A stretch of DNA of 64,000 nt from Vampirovibrionaceae bacterium NZW_1234. Its GTDB lineage: Bacteria; Cyanobacteriota; Vampirovibrionia; Vampirovibrionales; JAGQHJ01. The DNA lies in assembly GCA_041697335.1 (NCBI GenBank), contig JBGUGD010000016.1, positions 96,001-160,000 of the forward strand. Direction: 5' to 3'. Of the stretch, positions 9,138 to 18,953 are shown one piece after another; positions within the stretch are counted from its first letter, which is position 1; each line of letters opens with the position of its first letter. The translations under genes were made by a program, and so were the position numbers. The notes below the pieces were generated by a model, which ran no database searches, had not been told where the DNA came from, and worked only from the letters and a program-made list of their open reading frames with translations.

Positions 9138-9878
9138 ATGACAGATAAAAAGCCGCTTGTTGTTTTGATTCATGGCTTTCTAGGCCATCCTGAAGAATTT
9201 GGAGAGCTTATTCCTTTGCTACAAAGCCACGGGTATGCGACCCACCAGGTCTGCTTACCTGAGCATGGGAATGAACCCGGATACATTGCCAACATTACTT
9301 GGCATGATCTATTGAGCCACTGTCATACCGACTTGGACCGTATTACGATAGACTATTCTGATATCCATTTGATTGGTTTCAGTTTAGGCGGTGCGCTCAG
9401 CCTGGTCCTATCGGCACAACGCCCTACAGACTTTAAGTCGCTTACTTTGGTTGCAGCTCCGTGTAAGCCGGTATTCAACTTGGAATTTGGTCAGTATCAC
9501 ATCAAGAATTTTTTTAACCGATTTTTACCGGGCTTGCCTCGTCATCAGTGGAATACAGGCTTCCCTAAACCAATGTTTTATCCCCATGATCTGATTCGAC
9601 TCTACCGCCAGATGGACTCCCTGTTCACCGCTGTCCAGGATTCAGCACCCCGCTTAGCACTTCCAACATTGTTGCTCCATTCGGCCTATGACTTAACAAT
9701 TCCCTATGAGCATAGCGAATGGTTGCATGCCGCTATTCCGGCAGAAACAAATTTAGTAACACTCTTAGATTGCGGCCACCAGGTTTTTCCACACAAAGTT
9801 AAAGGTACCGTGGGGCAAAGCGTTATTCATCATATACAAACTGTAGACCAGCGCTACCTAACCCGCCTCACCGGCTAA
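9138..9878 (+). CDS. Alpha/beta hydrolase (carboxylesterase/lipase-like)
   Basis: LIHGF oxyanion motif, GFSLGG nucleophile elbow, HSAYDLTIP, CGHQ. Confidence 0.88.
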   Translation: MTDKKPLVVLIHGFLGHPEEFGELIPLLQSHGYATHQVCLPEHGNEPGYIANITWHDLLSHCHTDLDRITIDYSDIHLIGFSLGGALSLVLSAQRPTDFKSLTLVAAPCKPVFNLEFGQYHIKNFFNRFLPGLPRHQWNTGFPKPMFYPHDLIRLYRQMDSLFTAVQDSAPRLALPTLLLHSAYDLTIPYEHSEWLHAAIPAETNLVTLLDCGHQVFPHKVKGTVGQSVIHHIQTVDQRYLTRLTG

Positions 9879-11276
9879 TTCATCGGAAGTGGATATGGCA
9901 ATGAACGGCTTTCGCCCAAAGCGCTTATCCAGTAACTTTTTAAGATATGCCTTTGAGTCTCGGTCCCAGGTAAATATCAGGCACCGCTTGCCATGCAAGG
10001 TGGGAGCATCCAGCGGCAAAGAGGATACCTCAGAAAAATCCGCCAATTTGCCGTTAAAACGTCGAACCCAGATGGGTGGCTTGATACTGGGAGGCTGATA
10101 CAAGGGCTTAGGCGCCACAACCATGCTCTCAAACCCAAAATCAAAGGATAATTGATGGGATTCATAGTACTGTCGCATGTCGTCCAAAACAGGTTGTAGG
10201 GTTTCCTCAGACATATCTTGAGAGTATGAATTAAATTCAAGGTATTTAAAGAGATCATGCCCCAAGAGCCTGTTGGATAGTTGCTTTAAGAGAAGATCAG
10301 TGGAATAGCGAGCCCACATGTTCACCTTATCCCACAGATAACAGTCATCCAACATCAAATAATCTTCGACCGACAAGGAGTGTCCGTCGGTCATCAATGC
10401 ATATAACAGATCCGCCGGATGCCCTGGATCGATGCCTTGATCTCGGACCCACTTGAAACGCAGCAGCGTCATCTTGAGTAATGTTTCAGATGCTTTATCC
10501 AAAGAATGCAAGGCCATCTTATAGGCTTCATAACGGCCAAATAAATAATGTTCGACCGCCGGAACCGCTTCTTCCCGAATAGCCATTGCCATTTTTCCTT
10601 CAGGTGTTTGGCCAATACACAAGTTGGTGATAATGCGCTCAACTTCGACACGACCATATTGAACGCCCAAATGGTGGCTGTCTCTTAACAAATAGTCGAG
10701 CCGATCCATATCCAACTGGCTTGAGACCAAATCTGCCAAGTAATGCCGGTTCTCTCCAGGTTCACCGTCACTAAAACGTGTTACACTGCCCGGTAATTCC
10801 TTGCCATAACGGCGCCAAATCTGTTGCAACTCCTCGTCATTCTCAAGAATCAGCTTGTTCCAGTAGGTATCGTGAATGAGGCCTTTGTCCTTCAAATTCA
10901 AAACGTCTTCAAGCGTATGTGATAGGGGTGTATGGCCAATGTCATGAACCAAGATACTGAGTAATAGCAAGCGATCCATGGGGATATTGGTATCTTCATA
11001 CGAGGATTTCAGGATTTGACGAGCATCCTCATGCTCTTGTAAACATTCTAGGGTTTTAACCATAAGCCATGCCGCCCCGATGCTGTGAACAAATCGGTTA
11101 TGAGTAGCCCCGGGAAACACAAATTCAGCCATCCCCATTTGTCGAATACGACGTAATCGCTGAAATGCACGACTATTCATGACATCCAGAATCAATTGAT
11201 GATTTTCATCGTGGCGCTTCAGCCGAATCATCCCGTGAACCGGATCCGCCATTGACATCCATTGAGCCATTCTCAT
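9858..11276 (-). CDS. HD-domain phosphohydrolase (SAMHD1/YwfO-like dNTP triphosphohydrolase family)
   Basis: DPVHG, FQRLRRIRQMG, ATHNRFVHSIG, VHDIGH, LDMDRLDYLLRDS. Start about 11276/11270 rather than 11405. Confidence 0.9.
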   Translation of the reverse strand: MRMAQWMSMADPVHGMIRLKRHDENHQLILDVMNSRAFQRLRRIRQMGMAEFVFPGATHNRFVHSIGAAWLMVKTLECLQEHEDARQILKSSYEDTNIPMDRLLLLSILVHDIGHTPLSHTLEDVLNLKDKGLIHDTYWNKLILENDEELQQIWRRYGKELPGSVTRFSDGEPGENRHYLADLVSSQLDMDRLDYLLRDSHHLGVQYGRVEVERIITNLCIGQTPEGKMAMAIREEAVPAVEHYLFGRYEAYKMALHSLDKASETLLKMTLLRFKWVRDQGIDPGHPADLLYALMTDGHSLSVEDYLMLDDCYLWDKVNMWARYSTDLLLKQLSNRLLGHDLFKYLEFNSYSQDMSEETLQPVLDDMRQYYESHQLSFDFGFESMVVAPKPLYQPPSIKPPIWVRRFNGKLADFSEVSSLPLDAPTLHGKRCLIFTWDRDSKAYLKKLLDKRFGRKPFIAISTSDELAGEAG

Positions 11277-11407
11277 TAAGCGTCTATTAACCTCATTCAC
11301 GACCACGTCGAATCCGCATCTATCGGCAGACACACCACCATCATTCCATAAATTCAGAAAACAGAAAGCAATTATTCGATGTATTTGTGCGGCTGCCCTC
11401 AACAATA

Positions 11408-11776
11408 CTATGGCAAAGTCACATCATGAAGTCTGGGAACGGTATTGTTGTTTATAAATTGAACGATTGTTTCCCAAGGATCATCAACTACCCAGTAAGA
11501 CCTGACATAAGGACCCAAATGCCACGTTTGGGTATCTCGAAAATTACGGTATTCATCCTCGGCAAACACAACAATGTTAAACGTATCAAGGCAACGAAGT
11601 GTGTACTCCAATGTGGTCTTCCCATCAAACCAATTGTCTTCCAAAAAAATCTCATAATTGGCTAGGGCTACATTAAACCAGTCCCGAAACTGGTTCAAAA
11701 ATTCGTACAAGTCTTCATTGGCAAGCTTTAAAGCCTGAAACCGGAGTTGAATATGTTCGAGAACCGTTGCAGTCAA
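11408..11776 (-). CDS. Hypothetical protein (122 aa)
   Basis: GGGAGGT SD upstream of TTG; protein-like composition. Confidence 0.7.
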   Translation of the reverse strand: MTATVLEHIQLRFQALKLANEDLYEFLNQFRDWFNVALANYEIFLEDNWFDGKTTLEYTLRCLDTFNIVVFAEDEYRNFRDTQTWHLGPYVRSYWVVDDPWETIVQFINNNTVPRLHDVTLP

Positions 11777-11912
11777 TCCAGATACCTCCCAAGGGGTTTC
11801 CTAAGGATATAGCACAAACCGACTGAACTGACCGATACTTTCCATTTTGCATCCTCTGCGGCTATAATGACCTATCCGTGACAATGGTAAAAAATAAACG
11901 TAACCCTGATCC

Positions 11913-12113
11913 ATGCACTCCATTGATGATGACAACCCCCTCATCTGTTATTGCTTCAATGTCCATCAGCAAGAGATTATGGCTGTCATTCATCGTGAGG
12001 ATGTACACAGCGTGATGGATATTACTCGCCATTGTAAAGCTGGAAACGGCTGCAGTAGCTGCTGGGCAACCCTGGAGGAACTCCTTGCTCTCAAGCCACC
12101 CAACCACACTTAA
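11913..12113 (+). CDS. BFD-like [2Fe-2S]-binding protein
   Basis: ICYCFNV...KAGNGCSSC (CxC...CxxC). Confidence 0.8.
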   Translation: MHSIDDDNPLICYCFNVHQQEIMAVIHREDVHSVMDITRHCKAGNGCSSCWATLEELLALKPPNHT

Positions 12114-12215
12114 TCAATTTTAGTGGTTGAAACGAAAGTCACTTTCAGAAATGATATACAAGCTTACTTTACCAATCGGTACATTCTACAGCCATAACAA
12201 AAGAGGACCCCGCTG

Positions 12216-13034
12216 ATGTTGATGGAAAGCCAACCCCTAATCGATGTTCAAAGCCATGCTGATACTCGGGGCATTGCCCTTCAAAAAGTGGGTGTTAAAA
12301 ACGTTGAACTCCCACTGCATGTGCTTCAAAAGGATGGTCATACTCAAATGGTTGCCGCCAGTGTGACGATGAGTGTGGATTTACCCGAAGAACAAAAAGG
12401 AACTCATTTATCCCGATTTATTATTCAGTTGGCCGAGCAGAACGATAGTATTGCGTTCTGCTACAACCTCAAGCAATTCCTAGAAGAAACGCAACGCCGC
12501 CTTGATGCAACAAATGCTTATATCAAGATGGATTTCCGGTACTTTATTCAAAAAAAAGCACCCATTTCTCCTATGTCAGCCCCAATGGCTATTTCATGCA
12601 GTTTTGAGGCAGCCCTTCATGGGTCGGCCTATCAATTTGCTCTAGGCTTAGAAGTCCCGATTGCCACATTGTGCCCCTGCAGTAAAGCCATATCGGATTA
12701 TGGTGCCCATAACCAGCGGGCTTTAATCCGCACACGGATGCATTTGGATACTCAACACGATCATCAGGTGGCCTGGATTGAAGATCTGGTAACCGCGCTG
12801 GACGAATGTGGATCGTGCCCGGTTTACCCAATTCTGAAACGACCTGATGAAAAATATGTGACCGAACGCGCCTATGACAATCCCAAATTCGTAGAAGATG
12901 TGATTCGCGAGTGCGTCGCTACATTACGCCAAGTCCCCTCGGTCAATGGATTTGAAGTAGAGGTGGAAGCCTTAGAAAGTATCCATGGTCACAACGCTTG
13001 GGCCTACCAGAACGAAGGATTCACCAGTCTCTAG
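12216..13034 (+). CDS. folE2: GTP cyclohydrolase IB
   Basis: KGTHLSRF, TLCPCSKAISDYGAHNQR, LKRPDEKYVTERAYDNPKFVED, ESIHGHNAWA. Confidence 0.95.
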   Translation: MLMESQPLIDVQSHADTRGIALQKVGVKNVELPLHVLQKDGHTQMVAASVTMSVDLPEEQKGTHLSRFIIQLAEQNDSIAFCYNLKQFLEETQRRLDATNAYIKMDFRYFIQKKAPISPMSAPMAISCSFEAALHGSAYQFALGLEVPIATLCPCSKAISDYGAHNQRALIRTRMHLDTQHDHQVAWIEDLVTALDECGSCPVYPILKRPDEKYVTERAYDNPKFVEDVIRECVATLRQVPSVNGFEVEVEALESIHGHNAWAYQNEGFTSL

Positions 13035-13174
13035 GTGGCATAACATTCCCAACAACTCCTAATCCGGACTTCCAGGCTCTGGCTGTGAAATGTGCGGCAG
13101 GTCTTTTGGCAAATCTTGCTGTTAGCAAGATGCCTGAACCTGAACAGAACCTACAACCAATTTATCTCAGGCTG

Positions 13175-15433
13175 CTAAAGCCCGTAGCCTAGCTCCATTG
13201 ACCGTTGGAACTGCACTTTCTTGCCCTGCCATTGCATCGCAGAAAAGGTCCCTAAATCCATTCTTTGTAGGCTTTTTGAGCTATTTTTTACCGTCAGATA
13301 ACCTGCTTGACGATTCGTAGCGGTATACACAATGGGGCACTCTTGAAAAAGCCCGGCAAGCGAATTGATCGGTTCCTGGGCTTCAGACCATACAGTGGCC
13401 AGACAACCCTGAGGCGTATTAAACCGGTAGATTATAGTACCAGAAGTAGCATTGTAGAAAATAGCTGACCAGGAATGGCCTTGAATTATCTGAGTGCTGG
13501 TCAACGTGACCAGTGGCAGATCAGACTGACGGGCCAAGTGCAGCAAGAATGTTTGAGTACTCGGATGCAGAGCGGATGGAACCGTTATCGTTCCCACAGA
13601 GATGGTCTGCATCAAATCTTGTAGGCTCTTCTGATTTAAACGACGATCTGAAACAAGATTGAGTAAATCAATATGATTGAGGCCTGAGTGCTGCAGATAA
13701 TGCATCATACGCCGAGTTGCTGTTTTATCCAGGATCTGTGCGCTCACCAACACCTTCCTTCCAGGCAAAACTATAATCTGATTTCCACTTGCACCATAAG
13801 TATCGGGTAGCCACACAATTTGGGATGAAACCGAGGCTTTCACACCAGCAAAACCTATGGGTAACAAGACCATTAGTAGAGCAATAGCCCCATATCGGTA
13901 GCGTATTGACTTGTCGAAATTCAAAGGAAAATGTAAGACATAGGCCCCTGCAAACAATATCCCTTGTAGAAGCACCATACTTGTGGCAGGAATTTCACCC
14001 AGATACAGATTACTCCAGTGAAACTGACTAAAGCCCCCTGCTAATTGAATCAGCCAGGCAGATAAGACCGTTAACGGCCCTGATGTTATTTTTAATATGG
14101 CAGGCCATAGTAGAGACACTGATCCGGCTAAAAAGCCCAGGTAGGTGAGCAGTGAGACAATGGGCAAAGCTAAAATATTGGCAGGCACGGACGCGAGTTG
14201 AAGCTGATGAAAATGGTACAACAAGATGGGCGTGACCCACAATTGGGCCACAACAGGGACTAGCAGAAGGCCGGCCCCCCATCGCGTGAGAAAAAATCCG
14301 AGCTTGTCCTGTAAAGGCGGCACCATGGAAATCAAGCCGAAAGTACTCAGAAAGGAGAGTTGAAAGCTCATCATGCTGACAATCATGGGATCAATAAGAC
14401 ACAAGATGGCCCCAGCCGTGCATAGCAGTGTCAGCGGGGTCATCTCCCGCCGAATTAATTTCATCAAAAAAGCCAGCTCCAGCATGATACCGGCACGAAG
14501 CACCGAAGGCGGTAACCCTGCTAAAAGACAGTAGCTTGCCACTACTATCATCGCTATCACGATAGAGAGTGTAGAAGGCATTCGAAGACGGCGTCCAAGA
14601 AAAAGAATGCTCAAAGCAATCAGTCCAACATTGAAGCCACTAGCGGCAAGCACATGAATCAAGCCCGACCTCGTAAAGCTAAGTTTTAAGTGAGCATCGG
14701 TTCCTACAGCATGATTTCCTAAGACAATCCCTCCAAGTAAATCAGCTTGGGGCGTGGGCATATACTTTTGAAACCCACGTATGAGCTGATAAGCCACGTC
14801 ATCAGCTTGTCTGCGAACCCACAGCCATGGGTCTGAAGTTCCAGACGCAAGAATTTGCGTGGTTCGAGGATACATAACGGCCCCAATATGCTGATGGCTG
14901 AGATACTCTCGATAATTGAAGTCCCCGGGATACGATGGGCCAGAAGGAACACGAATTATCCCTTGAAGGCGGATCATATCCCCTACCTTCATCGGCGGGA
15001 GCTCCTCAATGTTTCGATACCGCAGTAAAACATTCTCGGCTACCCGATGTCCTTTTATTTGCGTCAACCTGACTATCCACTGCCTCCTCCCTGAGGCCTG
15101 TTCAACAAGAACTCCCTCCCAATAGGTAGGAGGGCTTGATAGTGCACTCATAAATGCTTCAGAAGGTTTGGTAAGTTCCTCAACAACTCCACGATAACCT
15201 GCTCCCAAGCAAAATATCAGGCAAAGTATTAAAAATTGCATGTCCCATTTGGGAAGGGGGCTCGGAATCCATAACAACAAGAATAGAATTGTCAGAAATA
15301 TGAAGGCAACAAAAAACCATACCCCGAATGCCAAGTGCAATTGCGAGAAGGCCCAAGCACCAATCAGCAACATCAGCGCTGAGGCAATCACCATTTGCCC
15401 ACAATAGCCAAAAAAACGTTGGGGATGTTTCAT
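13175..15433 (-). CDS. comEC: ComEC/Rec2 competence DNA-uptake channel protein
   Basis: OB-like DUF4131 region (FNYREYL), GLIHVLAASGFNV, PPSVLRAGIM, SFQLSF, many TM helices; degenerate C-terminal MBL-like region. Confidence 0.92.
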   Translation of the reverse strand: MKHPQRFFGYCGQMVIASALMLLIGAWAFSQLHLAFGVWFFVAFIFLTILFLLLWIPSPLPKWDMQFLILCLIFCLGAGYRGVVEELTKPSEAFMSALSSPPTYWEGVLVEQASGRRQWIVRLTQIKGHRVAENVLLRYRNIEELPPMKVGDMIRLQGIIRVPSGPSYPGDFNYREYLSHQHIGAVMYPRTTQILASGTSDPWLWVRRQADDVAYQLIRGFQKYMPTPQADLLGGIVLGNHAVGTDAHLKLSFTRSGLIHVLAASGFNVGLIALSILFLGRRLRMPSTLSIVIAMIVVASYCLLAGLPPSVLRAGIMLELAFLMKLIRREMTPLTLLCTAGAILCLIDPMIVSMMSFQLSFLSTFGLISMVPPLQDKLGFFLTRWGAGLLLVPVVAQLWVTPILLYHFHQLQLASVPANILALPIVSLLTYLGFLAGSVSLLWPAILKITSGPLTVLSAWLIQLAGGFSQFHWSNLYLGEIPATSMVLLQGILFAGAYVLHFPLNFDKSIRYRYGAIALLMVLLPIGFAGVKASVSSQIVWLPDTYGASGNQIIVLPGRKVLVSAQILDKTATRRMMHYLQHSGLNHIDLLNLVSDRRLNQKSLQDLMQTISVGTITVPSALHPSTQTFLLHLARQSDLPLVTLTSTQIIQGHSWSAIFYNATSGTIIYRFNTPQGCLATVWSEAQEPINSLAGLFQECPIVYTATNRQAGYLTVKNSSKSLQRMDLGTFSAMQWQGKKVQFQRSMELGYGL

Positions 15434-15621
15434 GTGGTTCCGGTCTTTATCTCCATCTCCTCAGCCCCTTATGACATAAACACGACTCATACGGATCACT
15501 ATATTGCTGAAGGTAAATTACACCCGTGGCTCCCCCACATGCTCAAATAGACTGACCTGCTTGCCCGAGACTGGAAACCTTCTACAATGGAAGGTGTTAT
15601 TGCCTGAGTTAGGACCCAATT

Positions 15622-16551
15622 GTGCTTCGAGCAATTATCAAACAGGTACTTCAAGGAGGCCTGACCCTGTGGATGGTGATTACCATCACCTTTTTCCTGA
15701 TTCGCGTGCTACCAGGGGGCCCATTTGACCAGGACCGAAAGTTACCTCCAGCCATTGAAGCCAATATGGAAGCCAAATACCATTTAGATGAGCCTGTTTT
15801 TGCTCAGTACATTCGATATGTATCACAATTGCTCCAAGGTGACCTTGGCCCTTCCTACAAATATATGACTCGCAATGTGAATGCCATTGTGTCAGAGGCT
15901 AGCAGTACATCAATTACACTGGGGGCAATGGCCCTCCTGGTCGGCATCTTTCTTGGTATGGTTCTTGGTACCTGGGCCGGGTCATCACCAAATCGACATA
16001 TTCAGAACCTCCTTGTCTTGGTAGGAACCACCAGTGTGTCACTACCGAGTTTTATTTTTGGAGCTTGTCTGACTCTGGTATTTGCTTATTATTTGAATGT
16101 ATTGCCCGCAGCACGGCTGGAAGGTCCGCTTTCGTATGTTCTACCTGTGTTAACACTGTCACTTACACCGTTTGCTTATACCTTCCTGTTGATCCGAGCC
16201 CGTGTCCTTGAATTGATGACAATGCCTTTTGTGCAGAGCAAGCACAGTTTCGGGCTCTCAGAATTTCGTGTTGTTTTTCTACATGTGCTTCGAAATGCAT
16301 TAATTCCTCTTGTTTCCATCCTTGGCCCGATTAGCGCAGCCACTATAACAGGGTCATTTGCTGTTGAACTTATTTTTGCAATTCCTGGTTTAGGTAAATA
16401 TTTCATTACAGCCGTTTCAAACCGAGATTACACCTTGGTTATGGGTATCACTATCGTTTACAGTACTTTTTTGGTTGTTTTTAACACCATAACTGAAATG
16501 CTCTTGGGCTTTCTGGATCCTAGAATTCGTGCGGATGAGGAGCCCACCTGA
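15622..16551 (+). CDS. oppB: Oligopeptide ABC transporter permease OppB
   Basis: LPGGPF, YHLDEP..QY..Y...LLQGDLGPSY, HVLRNALIP, VELIFAIPGLG, NRDY, LDPRIR. Confidence 0.9.
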   Translation: MLRAIIKQVLQGGLTLWMVITITFFLIRVLPGGPFDQDRKLPPAIEANMEAKYHLDEPVFAQYIRYVSQLLQGDLGPSYKYMTRNVNAIVSEASSTSITLGAMALLVGIFLGMVLGTWAGSSPNRHIQNLLVLVGTTSVSLPSFIFGACLTLVFAYYLNVLPAARLEGPLSYVLPVLTLSLTPFAYTFLLIRARVLELMTMPFVQSKHSFGLSEFRVVFLHVLRNALIPLVSILGPISAATITGSFAVELIFAIPGLGKYFITAVSNRDYTLVMGITIVYSTFLVVFNTITEMLLGFLDPRIRADEEPT

Positions 16552-17360
16552 TGCGTCTGCACTCACAACACCTTCGTCTCATGATTGGCCTAAGTATTCT
16601 TTGCTTGATGATCTGTTTACCGCTATTGGTTTCCTATTTAGGCCTGGATCCAACGTTTATTAACCCGGATCTGACAACCAGCCTCCCTTCGCTCAAGCAT
16701 CCTTTTGGAACCGATGAACTGGGCCGAGATATGCTCGCCCGACTGGCCATGGGGGCTCAAATGTCTTTATTTATTGGTTTGGCAACAGCCCTGGTTTCTG
16801 TGGTTATTGGTGCCCTCTATGGGACTATTGCAGCAAGTTTTCATGGGCGTGTCCTTGATACAACTCTCATGCGGCTGATTGACATCGTCTACAGCCTTCC
16901 TGCCTTAATGATTGTTATTCTATTTACGCTCTTTCTGGGTAGAAACACCTGGAGTTTGGTACTGGCTTTGTCACTATTCAGTTGGCCAGATACGGCGCGT
17001 GTTATTCGAGGGCAAGTTATACAGCTTCAGAAAGAAGAATTCATCGAAGCCTATCACAGCCTGGGAGGTGGACAGATTCGTCTGGCTGTAACCCACTATT
17101 TACCAAATCTCTTGGCATTGCTCATCCTGACCACAACAATTACGGTACCCCGAGCAATTCTCACGGAATCCACCCTGAGCTTTGTGGGTTTAGGGGTATC
17201 TCCACCTCAAAGTAGCTGGGGAACAATGATTAATGATGGATGGCAAATGATCCGTATCGCACCACATCTCGTTTTATTGCCCAGTGCCTTTTTATTCCTA
17301 ACCATGATGGCTTTGAATCTCCTGGGAGAAAGCCTAAAAACCCTCGCTCGGGTCCGTTAG
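16551..17360 (+). CDS. oppC: Oligopeptide ABC transporter permease OppC
   Basis: HPFGTDELGRD, ARVIRGQ, ESTLSFVGLGV.PP..SWG, NLLGE. TGATG overlap with oppB. Confidence 0.9.
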   Translation: MRLHSQHLRLMIGLSILCLMICLPLLVSYLGLDPTFINPDLTTSLPSLKHPFGTDELGRDMLARLAMGAQMSLFIGLATALVSVVIGALYGTIAASFHGRVLDTTLMRLIDIVYSLPALMIVILFTLFLGRNTWSLVLALSLFSWPDTARVIRGQVIQLQKEEFIEAYHSLGGGQIRLAVTHYLPNLLALLILTTTITVPRAILTESTLSFVGLGVSPPQSSWGTMINDGWQMIRIAPHLVLLPSAFLFLTMMALNLLGESLKTLARVR

Positions 17361-17400
17361 CTTCATCTCTCCGAAGCCCGCCCAAATAAACAAAACAGCC

Positions 17401-18939
17401 TTAAGGATGGTATATTTCCTGATTTCGAAGCCATTTTCGGCCCAAAACATAATACAGCGCCATAGCGAAGCCACACCCTCCCATTGCCCAAAGCAAATGG
17501 GCATGCATTCCATAGCGTATGACCCACATCAATGCAATCAAGGCCCCATTGAGAACCGCCAGTAATACCAAATCTTGAATAATGGATCGCGTTAATAATG
17601 GAATGTGAGAATGTCGTTGAAGCCAAACACCACAGAGCAAGGCCGTTACCAGATAGCCAAGTGTATTTGCCGAGGCGGCCCCACTAATCCCCCAATGGGG
17701 AATCAATGCCAAACTGAGACCCAGATTCGTGGCCGCCCCAAGTCCTACAATCATGGCTTTAAAACCCGGTTGATTAATCCCCCCAATAAGCCCGGTTGTA
17801 ATTCGGGCGAAATTGTCGAATAACAACCCTGCCAATAACACACTTAAAGCCACATGACCCTGAACAAACTCATGTCCGAAGAGCCCTAACAGGACATCTG
17901 AAAATCCAATACTCATAACCAATATCGGTGTTACCCAAAAATAAGAACGGCGCAGGGCAGAGCGATAAATCTGGCTCATCAACGTTGCTTCTTGATTGGC
18001 CCAAGCTCGCGAACTACTGGAAAAAACCATATCTTCGTAACTTGTTCCCATCATCAAGACCCTTTCAAATAAGGCATAAGCAAGAGTATAAACTCCAAGC
18101 AGGCTTGGCGATATGTAATAGCCTAAAATCAAGCGATCGGCATGCTGCAAAATACTAATGCTGGCCGTGGCAGGTAACGATTTCAGGCTATAGCGATATA
18201 CCGATGTGAGATCCTGTTTTAACCCATCATAGGACTTTGGGCGCTCAAGCCTTGGGAATAATTTGGGTAAACACCAAGCCAGTATGAGTGCCCCCACAAT
18301 AAACGCACCCACTTGCGCGACAATGCCCGATAGAGGCGCTGCCCCAAACCACCAGACCATGCCCAGCAAAATAACAATTCGAGCCATTCCGCTGGCCATT
18401 TCAGCAATAGCACTGTATTTTACTTCCTGATAGGCTAAAAATGGGACTGCAAACATCCCCATCAAATTATAAACACTATAAAAGCCAATCATATAGACCA
18501 AAAGCAGCGGGATTAACGATGGTTGATGATACACATTCACCAACATCGCCACTGCAAAAAGCCCATACGGAATGGATAAAAGCAACGTGATGCCAGCAGA
18601 TATTGCCGTCACAACCCCAAATAGTCGAATACTTCGCTGATCATGGGCTTGGTAGCGATTCAAAGCTGGAATGAGCGCAAACTGTTCTCCCAAAGTAGAC
18701 AAGGGCCGAAACAACCCCAAAATGCTTGTTAATAAAGAGACAACCCCAATCACAGACGCGCCTAGCAAGTGAGCTGAAGCCATCCAATAGCCAAACCCGG
18801 TAATCAAACTCAAGCCATATCGAATCAGAGAATACAAAACTCCTTTTCGAAACCGATCCGTTTCAACCTGGACTTGTGATCCGGCGTGATGTTCCCCTTG
18901 CTCTGCAGGAACACGTTGCGTGAGAGCGGAAGTTTCCAT
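17401..18939 (-). CDS. Polysaccharide biosynthesis flippase (Wzx/MOP superfamily)
   Basis: About 14 hydrophobic segments; ADRLILGYY...LGVYTLA and NLGLSLALIPHWGISGAA patterns. Confidence 0.85.
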   Translation of the reverse strand: METSALTQRVPAEQGEHHAGSQVQVETDRFRKGVLYSLIRYGLSLITGFGYWMASAHLLGASVIGVVSLLTSILGLFRPLSTLGEQFALIPALNRYQAHDQRSIRLFGVVTAISAGITLLLSIPYGLFAVAMLVNVYHQPSLIPLLLVYMIGFYSVYNLMGMFAVPFLAYQEVKYSAIAEMASGMARIVILLGMVWWFGAAPLSGIVAQVGAFIVGALILAWCLPKLFPRLERPKSYDGLKQDLTSVYRYSLKSLPATASISILQHADRLILGYYISPSLLGVYTLAYALFERVLMMGTSYEDMVFSSSSRAWANQEATLMSQIYRSALRRSYFWVTPILVMSIGFSDVLLGLFGHEFVQGHVALSVLLAGLLFDNFARITTGLIGGINQPGFKAMIVGLGAATNLGLSLALIPHWGISGAASANTLGYLVTALLCGVWLQRHSHIPLLTRSIIQDLVLLAVLNGALIALMWVIRYGMHAHLLWAMGGCGFAMALYYVLGRKWLRNQEIYHP

Positions 18940-18953
18940 TCGGGTTCATTCCA

